Shown piece after piece: positions 26,483-39,000 of a stretch of 64,000 nt of DNA. The stretch is from Amphiscolops sp. MND2022. Lineage: Eukaryota. Location of the stretch: contig OZ076409.1 of assembly GCA_964187785.1 (NCBI GenBank), positions 96,474,001 to 96,538,000 of the forward strand, in the 5' to 3' direction. The position numbers and the translations under genes are program-made. A model generated the notes under the pieces. The model did no database searches, was not told the DNA's origin, and was given only the letters and a program-made list of their open reading frames with translations. Every line of letters begins with the position of its first letter. Positions within the stretch are counted from its first letter, which is position 1.

Positions 26483-27137
26483 CAAGTCGGGACCGGCCCA
26501 AGTCGGCGCCAAATCGAAGGCTCAAAAATAGCAAAAGGACTTCCAAGTGTCAATTTACAGTACTCGAAAATCGAAAAACCAAAAAACTGGACCGAGTGGC
26601 GCGCTAAAAGGGGGACACTTCCGAAATTGTCAACATTTTGTCGCAGTTGAAAGGTGGACCCTTTGGAGAAAAACAAATTTTCGAAACAAAGTCTTACAAT
26701 GCCGAAAAACTGAAAAGGGGGACCCTTTGGGATTTTTAAACATCCAATCTGTCCCAAAACATCAAAAAATTTAAGGGGGAATTTTTATTTTCGGAAAAAA
26801 AGTCTCGCAGTGCCAAAAATATTGAAAGGGGGACCATTTGGGATTTTTCAACATCCATCTGTCGCAAAACATCAAAAAATTGAGGGGGGGACTTTATTTT
26901 TGAAAAGAAAGTATCGCATTGCCGAAAAAAAATGAAAGGGGGACCCTTTGGTCTCGCCCGGTATGGTATGTTACACGGGAAAACAAGAAAAACCTTTTTG
27001 GTTCAGTTCGCTAGGCCAAATGGTGCAATTTGATGCAATAATATTTTGTAGAACTTTTAAGAACTATTTTGGTCAATTTGTGTGGATTGAAAAAAAGTCA
27101 CTATAACAGTCGCCTTTCACTTCATGAAGCGCCGACT
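26483..27137 (-). mobile_element. Helentron-like element (duplicate of 20125-20781)
   Basis: Near-identical to 20125-20781. Confidence 0.75.
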
Positions 27138-27504
27138 AAAAATGAAGCAAAAAAAGAATCCATAAAACTTTACGTTCAAGTGAAAGAAAAAATGAAGCAA
27201 AAAAGATTGACACAATGATTTACAGTTACTTGTTTGAAATAATGTTTAGGCAACAGAACAACGGAAAAGATGTAAAACCCGAAAAGTGCTAAATATTGCG
27301 TTTTTCAACGGTTTGCAAGCAAAACAGAATTTTTTCCACCGAAAGTTCACGAATTTGTTTTTCACACTTGCCTCCGTAGGCTATGTGCTTACGTCAAATT
27401 GTAGTGTTTGTGCTTACAAAATTCGAGGCATTGCCTACAATTACGAAGAAAATTTTGCGGGTAATTTGGGTTAAATTTACTAGGAGTTAGAAAAAATTTT
27501 CGAC

Positions 27505-28078
27505 TACTTATGCAACCGTGTCGTTTTTTTGTTTTTTTTCTCCCGACCTTTTCATGAAAATTCCAATTTTCTCAGAACCTGTCCATACGATTTTCATAAA
27601 AATTTGCACAGTCATTCTACCCCCTGCGTGCTCCAAGGCATCAAAATCGTATGACAGGAATGTGAGAAACATTCCCAAAATTAGCCCAAAAATGGCCAAA
27701 ATCAGCCCAAAAACACTCATTTTTCGAATTTTTTTCGATTTTCTCAAAAACTGTCTATTCGATTTGAACGAAAGTTTCTACAGTCAGTCTACACCTTATT
27801 AGAGTCCTATATGTGCAATGGCATCAAAATTGTATGGCTGGGATGTGAGAAACATAGCCAAAATTAGCCCAAAAATGGCCAAAAAACAGCCATTTTTCGA
27901 CTTTTTTCGCTTTTCTCAAAAACTGTCCATACGATTCGAACGAAATTTTCTACAGTTATTCTACACCATAGTATGGTCTATGTGTGCAATTTCAATAAAT
28001 TCGTATAACTGGGATTGGAGCGAGTCAGAAGGAAAAAGACCTAAGCCGACTCCTTTACCGCATATGCGGCTCTGGTTT
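27505..28078 (+). mobile_element. Helitron/Helentron-like non-autonomous repeat
   Basis: Internal direct repeats (CCAAAATTAGCCCAAAAATGGCCAAAA). 3' hairpin CCGCATATGCGG followed by CTCTGG|TTTT (CTRR-like end). The 5' boundary is approximate. Confidence 0.5.
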
Positions 28079-31000
28079 TCTTGATTTGGCTCTGAAAACT
28101 AGCCAAACTGTGGAGAAATCTCGATAAATACCTGAACAATTAGTGACGCAACGTGAAAATTTTGAGCTTGAAAACTTTACTAAGCAGCTCTCAAAACTAA
28201 TAAAATTGCCTTGCAACGTATAAAAGCAGGCAAAACTTCCGAGCACTTTCAACTAGTATTATTCGAGATAACTTTAAAAAATACTGTTAAATATTATCCC
28301 GCAAGTTCATTATTTGTTTTCAAAAACGTGTGGGTAAAAAAAGTATGAGCCGAAAATGTTACCGATGCTCGCATGGTGGTAGGGCCAAAAACTACCCCTC
28401 ACTAACCCGTATCTGCAAACCCCCCAAGACTATGCGTTTTACCCCCCGGAGAACGCAGTGGTGATATCAAAAATCGAGACTGGCGGCCAAGCCAAACAAT
28501 CATCCGACAAACTTCGCAACCAGAAACAAAATTCAGCCAGCAGTCGTTCGTCAATCTCAATTCTGGATTTTCTTTTTTCCACCGAACTCAAATCTCGAAA
28601 CCTCAAGATTTTATCTGCTTTCATTTTGCCGTCCTTTTCGTTATTGTTAAGTAATTTATTTGACTCCAGATTTTAAAAATATTTTAAAAATTGGTGTGGT
28701 TGTTGGTTTAATGCAGAGCGAAGCGTTAAAGTATAATTTTGTGCCATTTGGAAATTTACATATTTTTTATAAAAGTTTTCATTTGAAAAAAAATTACTTC
28801 TAATATATTTTTTAATTGTTTACCCAATTTGCACAACTTTTAAAGCAACGTAGCAATGTAGTTTTCCGGGAATTGTTTTGAAAATCTATTTTTCATTCAA
28901 AAAATCAGCATTTGCAGCTTAATAGTTTAAAAACATCAAATCATGCATCTAACTTTGCATGAAATTTGCAAAAAGCTTTGCGGAAGTTCCGCTGTGTGAT
29001 ACATTTATGTCTGACAACATCTGGAAACAATAATACGTGGATGTTTTGCAAAAAACATGCAGCCACGTCAAGTAGAATTAAGATAATTTATTCCAGAGAC
29101 ACGGGGTTGATCGAATTACCCGAACGCTGTCTTTGGGGGTGAAAGAAAAGCCGGCGAGGCGATCAGTGAATTTTTGACAGCTGACTGATTGGTAAACTGT
29201 GAATGAATTCAATACATTCAAGAACAGCTTTTGTGCGAAAAACAGAAAAAAAGGAAAAACGTTTTCCTAGCGAAACGCCTCAGGTCAAAAGAACATTGTC
29301 TTGGCTCTAAATGTGCTGTTCATTTGAAGTCTCAATGGAGGGAAAGCGAAAGATGGGATTAAAATAAATTTGGATACATTTGCGCATTTTGAGCAGAGGG
29401 GGGGGGGGTGTTTTTATAAACACATATATGTATAATAAGAGAATATAAGCTCTTAACTACTCTGCCTGATATTGCTAAAAACAGCGATGGTTGATGGATG
29501 ATTTTTTAATGATTCTCGCATTTCCTGGCAAAACAAAGAATTTCAATTCCATTTGAAAATACCTTCTTGAATTAATCAAAGCTTTTCCCAGCCGAGGGTT
29601 TCTCCATGAACGGAACTGGTACCTCTGATTAGACACATGGTCTCGGTCCGATTCAGTTTCCCACAATGAACTTTTGTACTTCCTCGCTCGTTCGCAAAAG
29701 TACAACATTTTCCCTGGGAATAAAAGGGCTATTTTAATGCAAATTCCACAAAATGTCGCCGTCGCTAAAATATGACATACTAGAAAACTCAATTACACAC
29801 TGAAGTGCTTGTAAAGCTTGACAAAAACAGGAATAAATTGTTTATAAAGTTACATTCAGTTTTTCCCCGGCTTCTGTAGAAAAAACACAAAGATGAAAAT
29901 GTCTGAATTTTTCTCAGCTAATTTTTAAAACGGCATAATTCGGTAAAAGCTTTTGTACTTCAAATGAGTAACTTACATCAAAAAAATTGTTGAAGGTTTC
30001 GATTGAAAATTGAGCAAAAATTGAAGGCTCCATATTAATGCAATTAGTTTTATAGATTGCGTTCATTGGAAAAGACATGATTCAATAACTTCACTTTCAA
30101 AATATAAAAAATTAGAGCCAGGAACTCAATTCAATTTAAAATTCAAACGAAGTGCCGAACGAGTATCTTCTTCAATACCTACAGTAGCGTTCTAAAATAA
30201 CGCGACTCTCTTGATTAAAATACCAAAATTCAAGTCCCACTTGCTTGGAAACTGTCACAAATAGAAAACAATTTCAGCTAGAGAAAATTTTTTTGGAGTT
30301 TTTCAACTTTTCAAATATGTTTCCATAAATTTTCAGCAACCAGAATAACAGAGGTTGAAAAATAGAATTTTTACCAAATTCAATGAGAATTGCACTTTTT
30401 CATGAATTTCAGGAAGATTAACAAGACGGGAACGTCTAAGGCTCAAAAAGCGCAGTTTTTAAAATATGCGTAGGACGTTTTCACGAAAAACTTTTCGACC
30501 CCCGCCCCCTCCTTAAAAAAGGGAATATAGTTCGGTTATAACGTCAAAAGTTCGCATATAGCGCTTCACTTCGGATATTACGAGGGGACTTGAATAAAAT
30601 CGAAGGGGGACCCTGGTTGGAACTGCTTGAACTTTTTAAAAGTTTTTTGTAGGTTACCAATCAAATTTTTCATGATTTTATAAAATTCTCAAGGAAACGT
30701 CCATGCGCTGAAGCTTCACTAATGCAATTTGATTTGATCAAGCTGCCTACAAGATGAATACTAAATTTGGCGGCAATCATGTGCCGCAAAAAGTTTTAGA
30801 AGTTTCATTGAGACGCGGTTCTAGAATTTTGTCAATGGAAGAATGTGAATGTCAAGTCGACAAATTAAACCTTGATAAATATTTTGTGTTTGCCTGATAA
30901 TACATGTATTTTGCACCGAAAATAATCGATTTTTTCAAAAACTCAAGTTGCCCAAACAAGATACGCATATAACATCAAAGTTTAACTTCTGTGTGGAATC

Positions 31001-31603
31001 TTTCCGTTTCGCTAGTCTTGTTGGAGAATGTGTTTGAAGCCTAAAGTTTTTTTAGTCTTGAACAAACTTGAACAAAAAGACAAACTTGAGAAATATATTC
31101 TTACAAACTAATTTGTTCGCCACTGTCGCCGTATAACATAAACTGCGGGAAGGGCTTAAATGTTTTCTCCCGACCTTCAACAAGTTCGACATAGAATCAA
31201 AGGAGCTGCAATGAATTGTTTTTTTTTCTGACCGGATCATCAAGTTTAGTGGGCCCAGGAATGGATTTAAATCCGATTTTAAAAAAATTGATCCAGTCCG
31301 ATTTTTTTTAAATTTATGATTGACTTTTTTGATGTTTATGATTTCTTTGAATTTTTTTCTGGGAAAACAATATTGTTTAAAAAAAGAAATTAAATTAATT
31401 TCAAAGCTCTTCAAACTTTAATATATTCTAAACTATGAAGCAGAATAAAAGTTTGGCAGCATTTTCGGTTCATTGATCTTTCAAATTTCTTCCAAAAATT
31501 AGCAGATTTTCGACCGGAAGCCATGCCTACCTGGAGAAAAATAAAAAAATCAGTTTTCTGATTTTATTTTTTTTAAAATCATGAATGAAATCATAATATC
31601 AAT

Positions 31604-32095
31604 TGGAAAAAATGCAGTTTCGTTGGTTTCAGTTGACAGCTGGTTACCGAATTGGCCCATATTTCTGAGGGACAAAAATAAAAATAAAAACACAACGAAT
31701 TTTGACCCATCTCAGATATCTGGGTCAATTTGCTTTGCTGTGAAAGGAAGATCGGATTAACGAAGGAATTTCATCCAATATTAGAGATATCAGAAAAGTT
31801 TTCAACAGTTTCAAGACTATTGTTCAGCGGTTTTAAGTTTCAAGTCACTAGTTTCCATTACTAATGGCATAGTAATGAGTTTTCATTCATGCGAAATTTG
31901 GAAGTCACTTTCAACATCAATCAATGATATATATCAACCATTCCTGAGTGGGCCCGGAACTTTGTTCACGTGTAAAAAAATTGGTGAAAAAGATGTAATC
32001 TTAACGAAATGTTGTTTGAAAACCTGTTTTTGTGGCTGTAATAAATAATTTGAGAATCACTCTTTTTGTTTTAGGAGTCTTTCTTTGTCATTGTA
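31604..32095 (-). repeat. BEL/Pao LTR copy 1 (~490 bp)
   Basis: Homologous to 35484-35973 and 40970-41462. Confidence 0.85.
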
Positions 32096-35000
32096 GAAAG
32101 ACAGCAAAGAATTCAGAGAAGCAGGGTGTCTGGTTTTCATTGCTTGCTCTACTAAGCAAAGTGAGGTGCTGAAAACTTCTTCTTTCACCTTGCTTGATTT
32201 GAGAATTTTAGAAAGTATCCTCTTGCATGACTTGATCAGGCTTTCCCAAGCTCATCCTTGACTGGGTTCTGGTGTAGCATTGAATTTCCACGTTATACGA
32301 CGCTGGGCACACTTTTCTTGAAGGACTGGTGTTTCTATGGTGTTGACATCTTTGCTGGCACTGAGGAAGTTGGTTCCATTGTCCGACCAGAAAGTATTAG
32401 ATCGACCTCGACGGGCCACGAATCTGTCAATTGCCATCATGCTTGAGCTGGTGTTGAGACTATGGATAACTTCTAGGTGGATTGCTCTGGTTGTTAAGCA
32501 GGTAAAGAGTAATATCCATCTTTTTTCAGTTGTTCGTCGGATGGTCACTTGTAGAGGTCCAAAACAGTCGAGTCATGTGTTGGTGAAGGCGGGTTTCTTG
32601 TATGCCAGGCGTTCATATGGTAGGTCGGCCATCAGGATTTAAAAACATTGTGCTTTTCTACGGCGGCAGAACAGACACTCAGGTTCCAGTTTCTAGAGGC
32701 TGACCTGAGGCAGAATATTACATAATCTTGTTGAATTACGGAGCGGATCTGTTCCACCCCTTCATGATGATGAATATGATGTGTGTGTTGCAGAAGTAGG
32801 CATACCGCAGGTTGTCAACTGCCCGAAATGATGGAATGATTTACTTCGATAGGCATTTCTTTCATTCGTGATGTGCGATCAGTTGATCAGAGAAGATTGT
32901 CGGATCCTAGGAAGGGATTGAACTTGATGATGCGGCAACATCTCGAGAGATTTCGATTCCTCCGTAGGTGTTTGAGGTCTTCGGCGAAAGATTCCTTCTG
33001 GGAAAGAGTGAAAATTCGTTTTCCGGCGGCTAAGTAGTCTTCAGGGTGTGAAATCTCAGAAGTTTGTCGGAACACAGAATGGTTTGGCAGAAGGCGCAAA
33101 ATGTATGCAAAAACTCGTAATAGTTTATTGTAGTTGCTGAAACGATTCCAAGGAATCACTGGTGGCTTCAAATTTGCTGGAAGGGCTGCAAAATTACAAC
33201 TCTGGGTATCGTATTTGCTGATTGTCGGTTTTCTTCTTCTCCTTTTTCTTCTTTTTCCTCTTCTGATTCTTTGAAACATGTTTTATCTGAAGACGGGACA
33301 TCTTCTGCTTGGAACAGAGAGTTGGGATATGCGGCAAATGAAGTTGTTGAAACTTCAAAGTTTGGTATGAACTCTTTATTCAAAAAGGATGAGCCATCTA
33401 TCCACGAACAGTTATTGAATCTGTTTGCAGAAAAACCCCTGGTAGAACAGTCGGCAGAGTTGAGGTTACCAGGAACAAACTCCATTGATCCATTGCGACG
33501 AGCTCTAGAATCTCTGAAAGCCGATTAGTGTTAAAAATTGGGTGCTTTGAAGCGGAACGTCGAATCCACCGAAAAACAGTGGTACTGTCGGTCCACAGGT
33601 TGACTTTGTTGATGGGTATTCTTAGTGATTCTTCGACGAAACGTTTCAAACGCGATGCGAGCAAAGCGTCTTGAAGTTCTAGTTTGGGAACACTAAGCAG
33701 TTTCATTGAAGCCACACTGGCTTTTCCAATTTTGAAAGCTGTCTTGCGTCTTTTATCTCCCTTACTGGCTGGCTGTCGAAGGTGAAGGCTTCAGCTGACG
33801 CATAATTAAAAACATGAAACTCGTATAGTCCGTTCGGCTTGCTGAAACAAGTTTTAGGTACCGCAATTTTTGAAATGCTCTCAAGTTCAGAACACCATTC
33901 CAGAAACTTTTATTGTGAATCTTCGGGTATTTGTTTGTCCCATTGTTGACCGTTGCTCTTCCAAAGTTGTTTCAAGAGTAGACGGGCTCGTACGGTGAAT
34001 GGAGCAATTAGTACGATGGGATCAAAAACTGAAGATACGGTACTGAGAACGAGTCGCAGGGTAATGGTCTTTCCGATCAAGTCTGGAGTAATTCCACGAC
34101 TAACTCCAACACACTGTGTTGATCGGTAGTCCAACGCAAACCTAGCACGGGTGGGTTTGCTGGAGTTGTCGGTGATACTATTGAGGCTGAACTCGGACAA
34201 TCCTCGCAATGCTTGGTTTTGACTCAGGCCACGTGGCATGTTCGGCTTCTGACGGTGAATTGTGGACTGCGTCTCCCAATGACATCTTTTTTACTGCTAT
34301 TAGGTTTTCCATTGCGCGTTAACTTTTAACGTACTAGGTCTAGTAGTGTGGTATCTCGGACTGGCAGGAGATACTTTGGGTGATCCGAGTTGTGTGGATT
34401 TGCTGCTTCTCTGTCGTGGGGACGACATCGTGTGTGTTCGGGTTTTGTCTATATCTTCTTGTATCGAGCTGACAGAAGAGAATTTTGTTGGTCGGTTGTG
34501 AAGTGAATCGGCGACAGTTCTGAGGCGGTCTGCTAGCAGTGGTGCATTGCTGATCCACTTTGTTAGCTTGAAGCCCCCAATTGAAAGGAGTTTGATGAGA
34601 TCATTCGCTAGTGACTCAATTCCTTCCAAAACTGGACGCGAATCTAAGTAGTCATCCAAGTAGAAATTTTGTTTCACAGCGAATGCTGCTTCAGGAAACT
34701 AGGCTGCGTTGTCTACACCAGGTCTGTTCAAGGCGTAGTTGGCGCAAGTTAGGCTGTCTTTTGTACTAAAGATGTGACGAGTGTACTGCTAAACTTTGAT
34801 TACTTCTGAAGGAGTGTCTCTCCGGATGAATTGTAGAGACGATTGGTCCTTTTCTGGTACGCACAGTTGAAGGAACATTCCCTCTATGTCAGCGCAGACA
34901 GCATGTTGTTGTTGTGGAAACTTTAACAAAATTTGTAGCAAATTTCGAAGAAGATCAGGTCCACGAAGAAGGGCTGAGTTTAGCGAAACATCGCGAGAGT

Positions 35001-35358
35001 TTGCGGCTCTATTCAGTACTCGAAGAACTTTATTTCTGTTTGAACGGGTGTTGTACTGGATGGTGTGGTAAATACCATTTTCAAGGAGACGTTGTTTCAA
35101 AAATTTCTGCAGATAGTAATTCTATCACGTATTATTTCTGTATGTCTTCTTTGATTGTGGCGGCACATTTTTCCTTCAGTGCTGGGTCTCTGTCAAGGCG
35201 TCTCGCCAAAGATCGAAGCTGTGCTAAGGCGTAGTAATAGTTGTCCGGCAAAGAGAACGCTTCAGAAGACCACAACTTTCCCACGACGAAGCAGCTTCCA
35301 TCGTGATATGTTGTAGCTTCTAGAATCTTCAAGGCATTTTGATCTTCCGATGATTGTG
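31604..35358 (-). mobile_element. Partial duplicate of the BEL/Pao element (3' LTR + IN/RH/RT fragments)
   Basis: LTR copy at 31604-~32095. Fragmented pol motifs: RWILLFTCLTTRAIHLE, RFVARRG, WSDNGTNF, PKLELQ, WTDSTTV, NFYLDDYL, ADIEGMFLQ. Confidence 0.9.
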
Positions 35359-35483
35359 CAGATTATTGTGCAAAAATTAGCAGATTTTCGACCGGAAGCC
35401 ATGCCTACCTGGAGAAAAATCACAAAATCAATTTTCTGATCTTATTTTTTTTTTCAAATCATGAATGAAATCATAATATCAAT

Positions 35484-35973
35484 TGGAAAAAATGCAGTTT
35501 CGTTGGTTTCAGTTGACAGCTGGTTACCGAATTGGCCCAGATTTTTGAGGGACACAAATAAAAACAAACACAACGTATTTTGACCCGTCTCAGATATCTG
35601 GGTCAATTTGCTTTGCTGTGAAAGGAAGATCGGATTAACGAAGGACTTTCATCCAATATTAGAGATATCAGAAAAGTTTTCAACAGTTTCAAGACTATTG
35701 TTCAGCGGTTTTAAGTTTCAAGTCACTAGTTTCCATTACTAATGGCATAGTAATGAGTTTTCATTCATGCGAAATTTGGAAGTCACTTTCAACATCAATC
35801 AATGATATATATCAACCATTCCTGAGTGGGCCCGGAACTTTGTTCACGTGTAAAAAAATTGGTGAAAAAGATGTAATCTTAACGAAATGTTGTTTGAAAA
35901 CCTGTTTTTGTGGCTGTAATAAATAATTTGAGAATCACTCTTTTTGTTTTAGGAGTCTTTCTTTGTCATTGTA
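35484..35973 (-). repeat. BEL/Pao 3' LTR
   Basis: Begins TGGAAAAAATGC on the + strand (ends ...CCA on the element strand). Confidence 0.85.
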
Positions 35974-36019
35974 GAAAGACAGCAAAGAATTCAGAGAAGC
36001 AGGGTGTCTGGTTTTCATT

Positions 36020-39000
36020 GCTTGCTCTACTAAGCAAAGTGAGGTGCTGAAAACTTCTTCTTTCACCTTGCTTGATTTGAGAATTTTAGAAAGTATCCTC
36101 TTGCATGACTTGATCAGGCTTTCCCAAGCTCATCCTTGACTGGGTTCTGGTGTAGCATTGAATTTCCACGTTATACGACGCTGGGCACACTTTTCTTGAA
36201 GGACTGGTGTTTCTATGGTGTTGACATCTTTGCTGGCACTGAGGAAGTTGGTTCCATTGTCCGACCAGAAAGTATTAGATCGACCTCGACGGGCCACGAA
36301 TCTGTCAATTGCCATCATGCTTGAGCTGGTGTTGAGACTATGGATAACTTCTAGGTGGATTGCTCTGGTTGTTAAGCAGGTAAAGAGTAATATCCATCTT
36401 TTTTCAGTTGTTCGTCGGATGGTCACTTGTAGAGGTCCAAAACAGTCGAGTCATGTGTTGGTGAAGGCGGGTTTCTTGTATGCCAGGCGTTCAATTGGTA
36501 GGTCGGCCATCAGGATTTGAAGACATTGTGCTTTTCTACGGCGGCAGAACAGACACTCAGGTTCCAGTTTCTAGAGGCTGACCTGAGGCAGAATATTACA
36601 TAAACTTTTTGAATTACGGAGCGGATGTGTTCCACCCCTTCATGATGATGAATATGATGTGTGTGTTGCAGAAGTAGGCATACCGCAGGTTGTCAACTGC
36701 CCGAAATGATGGAATGATTTACTTCGATAGGCAATTCTTTCATTCGTGATGTGCGATCAGTTGATCACAGAAGATTGTCGGATCCTAGGAAGGGATAAAC
36801 TTGATGATGCGGCAACATCTCGAGAGATTTCGATCCCTCCGTAGGTGTTTGAGGTCTTCGGCGAAAGATTCCTTCTGGGAAAGAGTGAAAATTCGTTTTC
36901 CGGCGGCTAAGTAGTCTTCAGGGTGTGAAATCTCAGAAGATTGTCGGAACACAGAATGGTTTGGCAGAAGTCGCAAAATGTATGCAAAAACTCGTAATAG
37001 TTTATTGTAGTTGCTGAAACGATTCCAAGGAATCACTGGTGGCTTCAAATTTGCTTAAAGGGCTGCAAAATTACAACTCTGGGTATCGTATTTGCTGATT
37101 GTCGGTTTTCTTCTTCTCCTTTTTCTTCTTTTTCCACTTCTGATTCTTTCAAACATGTTTTATCTGAAGACGGGACATCTTCTGCTTGGAACAGAGAGTT
37201 GGGATATGCGGCAAATGAAGTTGTTAAAACTTCAAAGTTTGGTATGAACTCTTTATTCAAAAAGAATGGGGCATCTATCCACGAACAGTTATTGAATCTG
37301 TTTGCAGGGCAACCCCTGGTAGAACAGTCGGCAGAGTTGAGGTTACCAAGAACATACTCCATTGTTCCATTGCGATGAGCTCTAGAATCTCTGAAAGCCG
37401 ATTAGTGATAAAAATTGGGTGCTTTGAAGCGTAACGTCGAATCCACCGAAAAACAGTGGTACTGTCGGTCCACAGGTTGACTTTGTTGATGGGTATTCTT
37501 AGTGATTCTTCGACGAAACGTTTCAAACGAGAGTCGAGCAAAGCGTCTTGAAGTTCTAGTTTGGGAACACTAAGCAGTTTCATTGAAGCCACACTGGCTT
37601 TTCCAGTTTTGAAAGCTGTCTGGCGTCTTTTATCTCCCTTACTGGCTGGCTGTCGAAGGTAGGCGAAGGCTTCAGCTGACGCATAATCAAAAACATGAAG
37701 CTCGTATAGTCCGTTCAGCTTGCTGAAACAAGCTTTAGGTACCGCAATTTTTGAAATGCTCTCAAGTTCAGAACACCATTCCAGGAACTTTTATTGTGAA
37801 TCTTCGGGTATTTGTTTGTCCCATTGTTGACCGTTGCTCTTCCAAAGTTGTTTCAAGAGTAGACGGGCTCGTACGGTGAACGGAGCAATTAGTACAATGG
37901 GATCAAAAACTGAAGATACGGTACTAAGAACGAGTCGCAGGGTAATGGTCTTTCCGATCAAGTCTGGAGTAGTTCCACGACTAACTCCAACACACTGTGT
38001 TGATCGGTAGTCCAACGCAAACCTAGCACGGATGGGTTTGCTGGAGTTGTGGGTGATACTATTGAGGCTGAACTCGGACAATCCTCGCAATGCTTGGTTT
38101 TGACTCGGGCCACGTTTCATGTTCGGCTTCTGACGGTGAACTGTGGACTGCGTCTCCCAATGACATCTTTTTTACTGCTATTAGGTTTTCCAATGCGCGG
38201 CAACTTTTAACGTACTAGGTCTAGTAGTGTGGTATCTCGGACTGGCAGGAGATACTTTGGGTGATCCTAGTTGTGTGGATTCGCTGGTTCTCTGTCGTGG
38301 GGACGACATCGTGTGTGTTCGGGTTTTGTCTATATCTTCTTGTATCGAGCTGACAAAAGAGAATTTTGTTGGTCGGTTGTGAAGTGAATCGGCGTCAGTT
38401 TTGAGGCGGTCTGCTAGCAGTGGTGCATTGCTGATCCACTTTGTTAGCTTGAAGCCCCCAATTGAAAGGAGTTTGATGAGATTATTCCCTAGTGACTCAA
38501 TTCCTTCCAAAACTGGACGCGAATCTAAGTAGTCATCCAAGTAGAAATTTTGTTTCACAGCGAATGCTGCTTCAGGAAACAAGGCTGCGTTGTCTACACC
38601 AGTTCTGTTCAAGGCGTAGTTGGCGCAAGTTGGGCTGTCTTTTGTACCAAAGATGTGACGAGTGTACTGCTAAACTTTGAATACTTCTGAAAAAGTGTCT
38701 CTCCAGATGAATCGTAGAGACGATTGGTCCTTTTCTGGTACGCCCAGTTGAAGGAACATTCCCTCTATGTCAGCGCAGAGAGCATGGTGTTGTTGTGGAA
38801 ACCTTAACAAAATTTGTAGCAAATTTCGAAGAAGATCAGGTCCACGAAGAAGGGCTGAGTTTAGCAAAACATCGCGGAAGTTTGCGGCTCTATTCAGTAC
38901 TCGAAGAACTTTATTTCTGTTTGAACAGGTGTTGTACTGGATGGTGTGGTAAATACAATTTTCGAGGAGACGTTGTTTCAAAAATTTCTGCAGATAGTAA

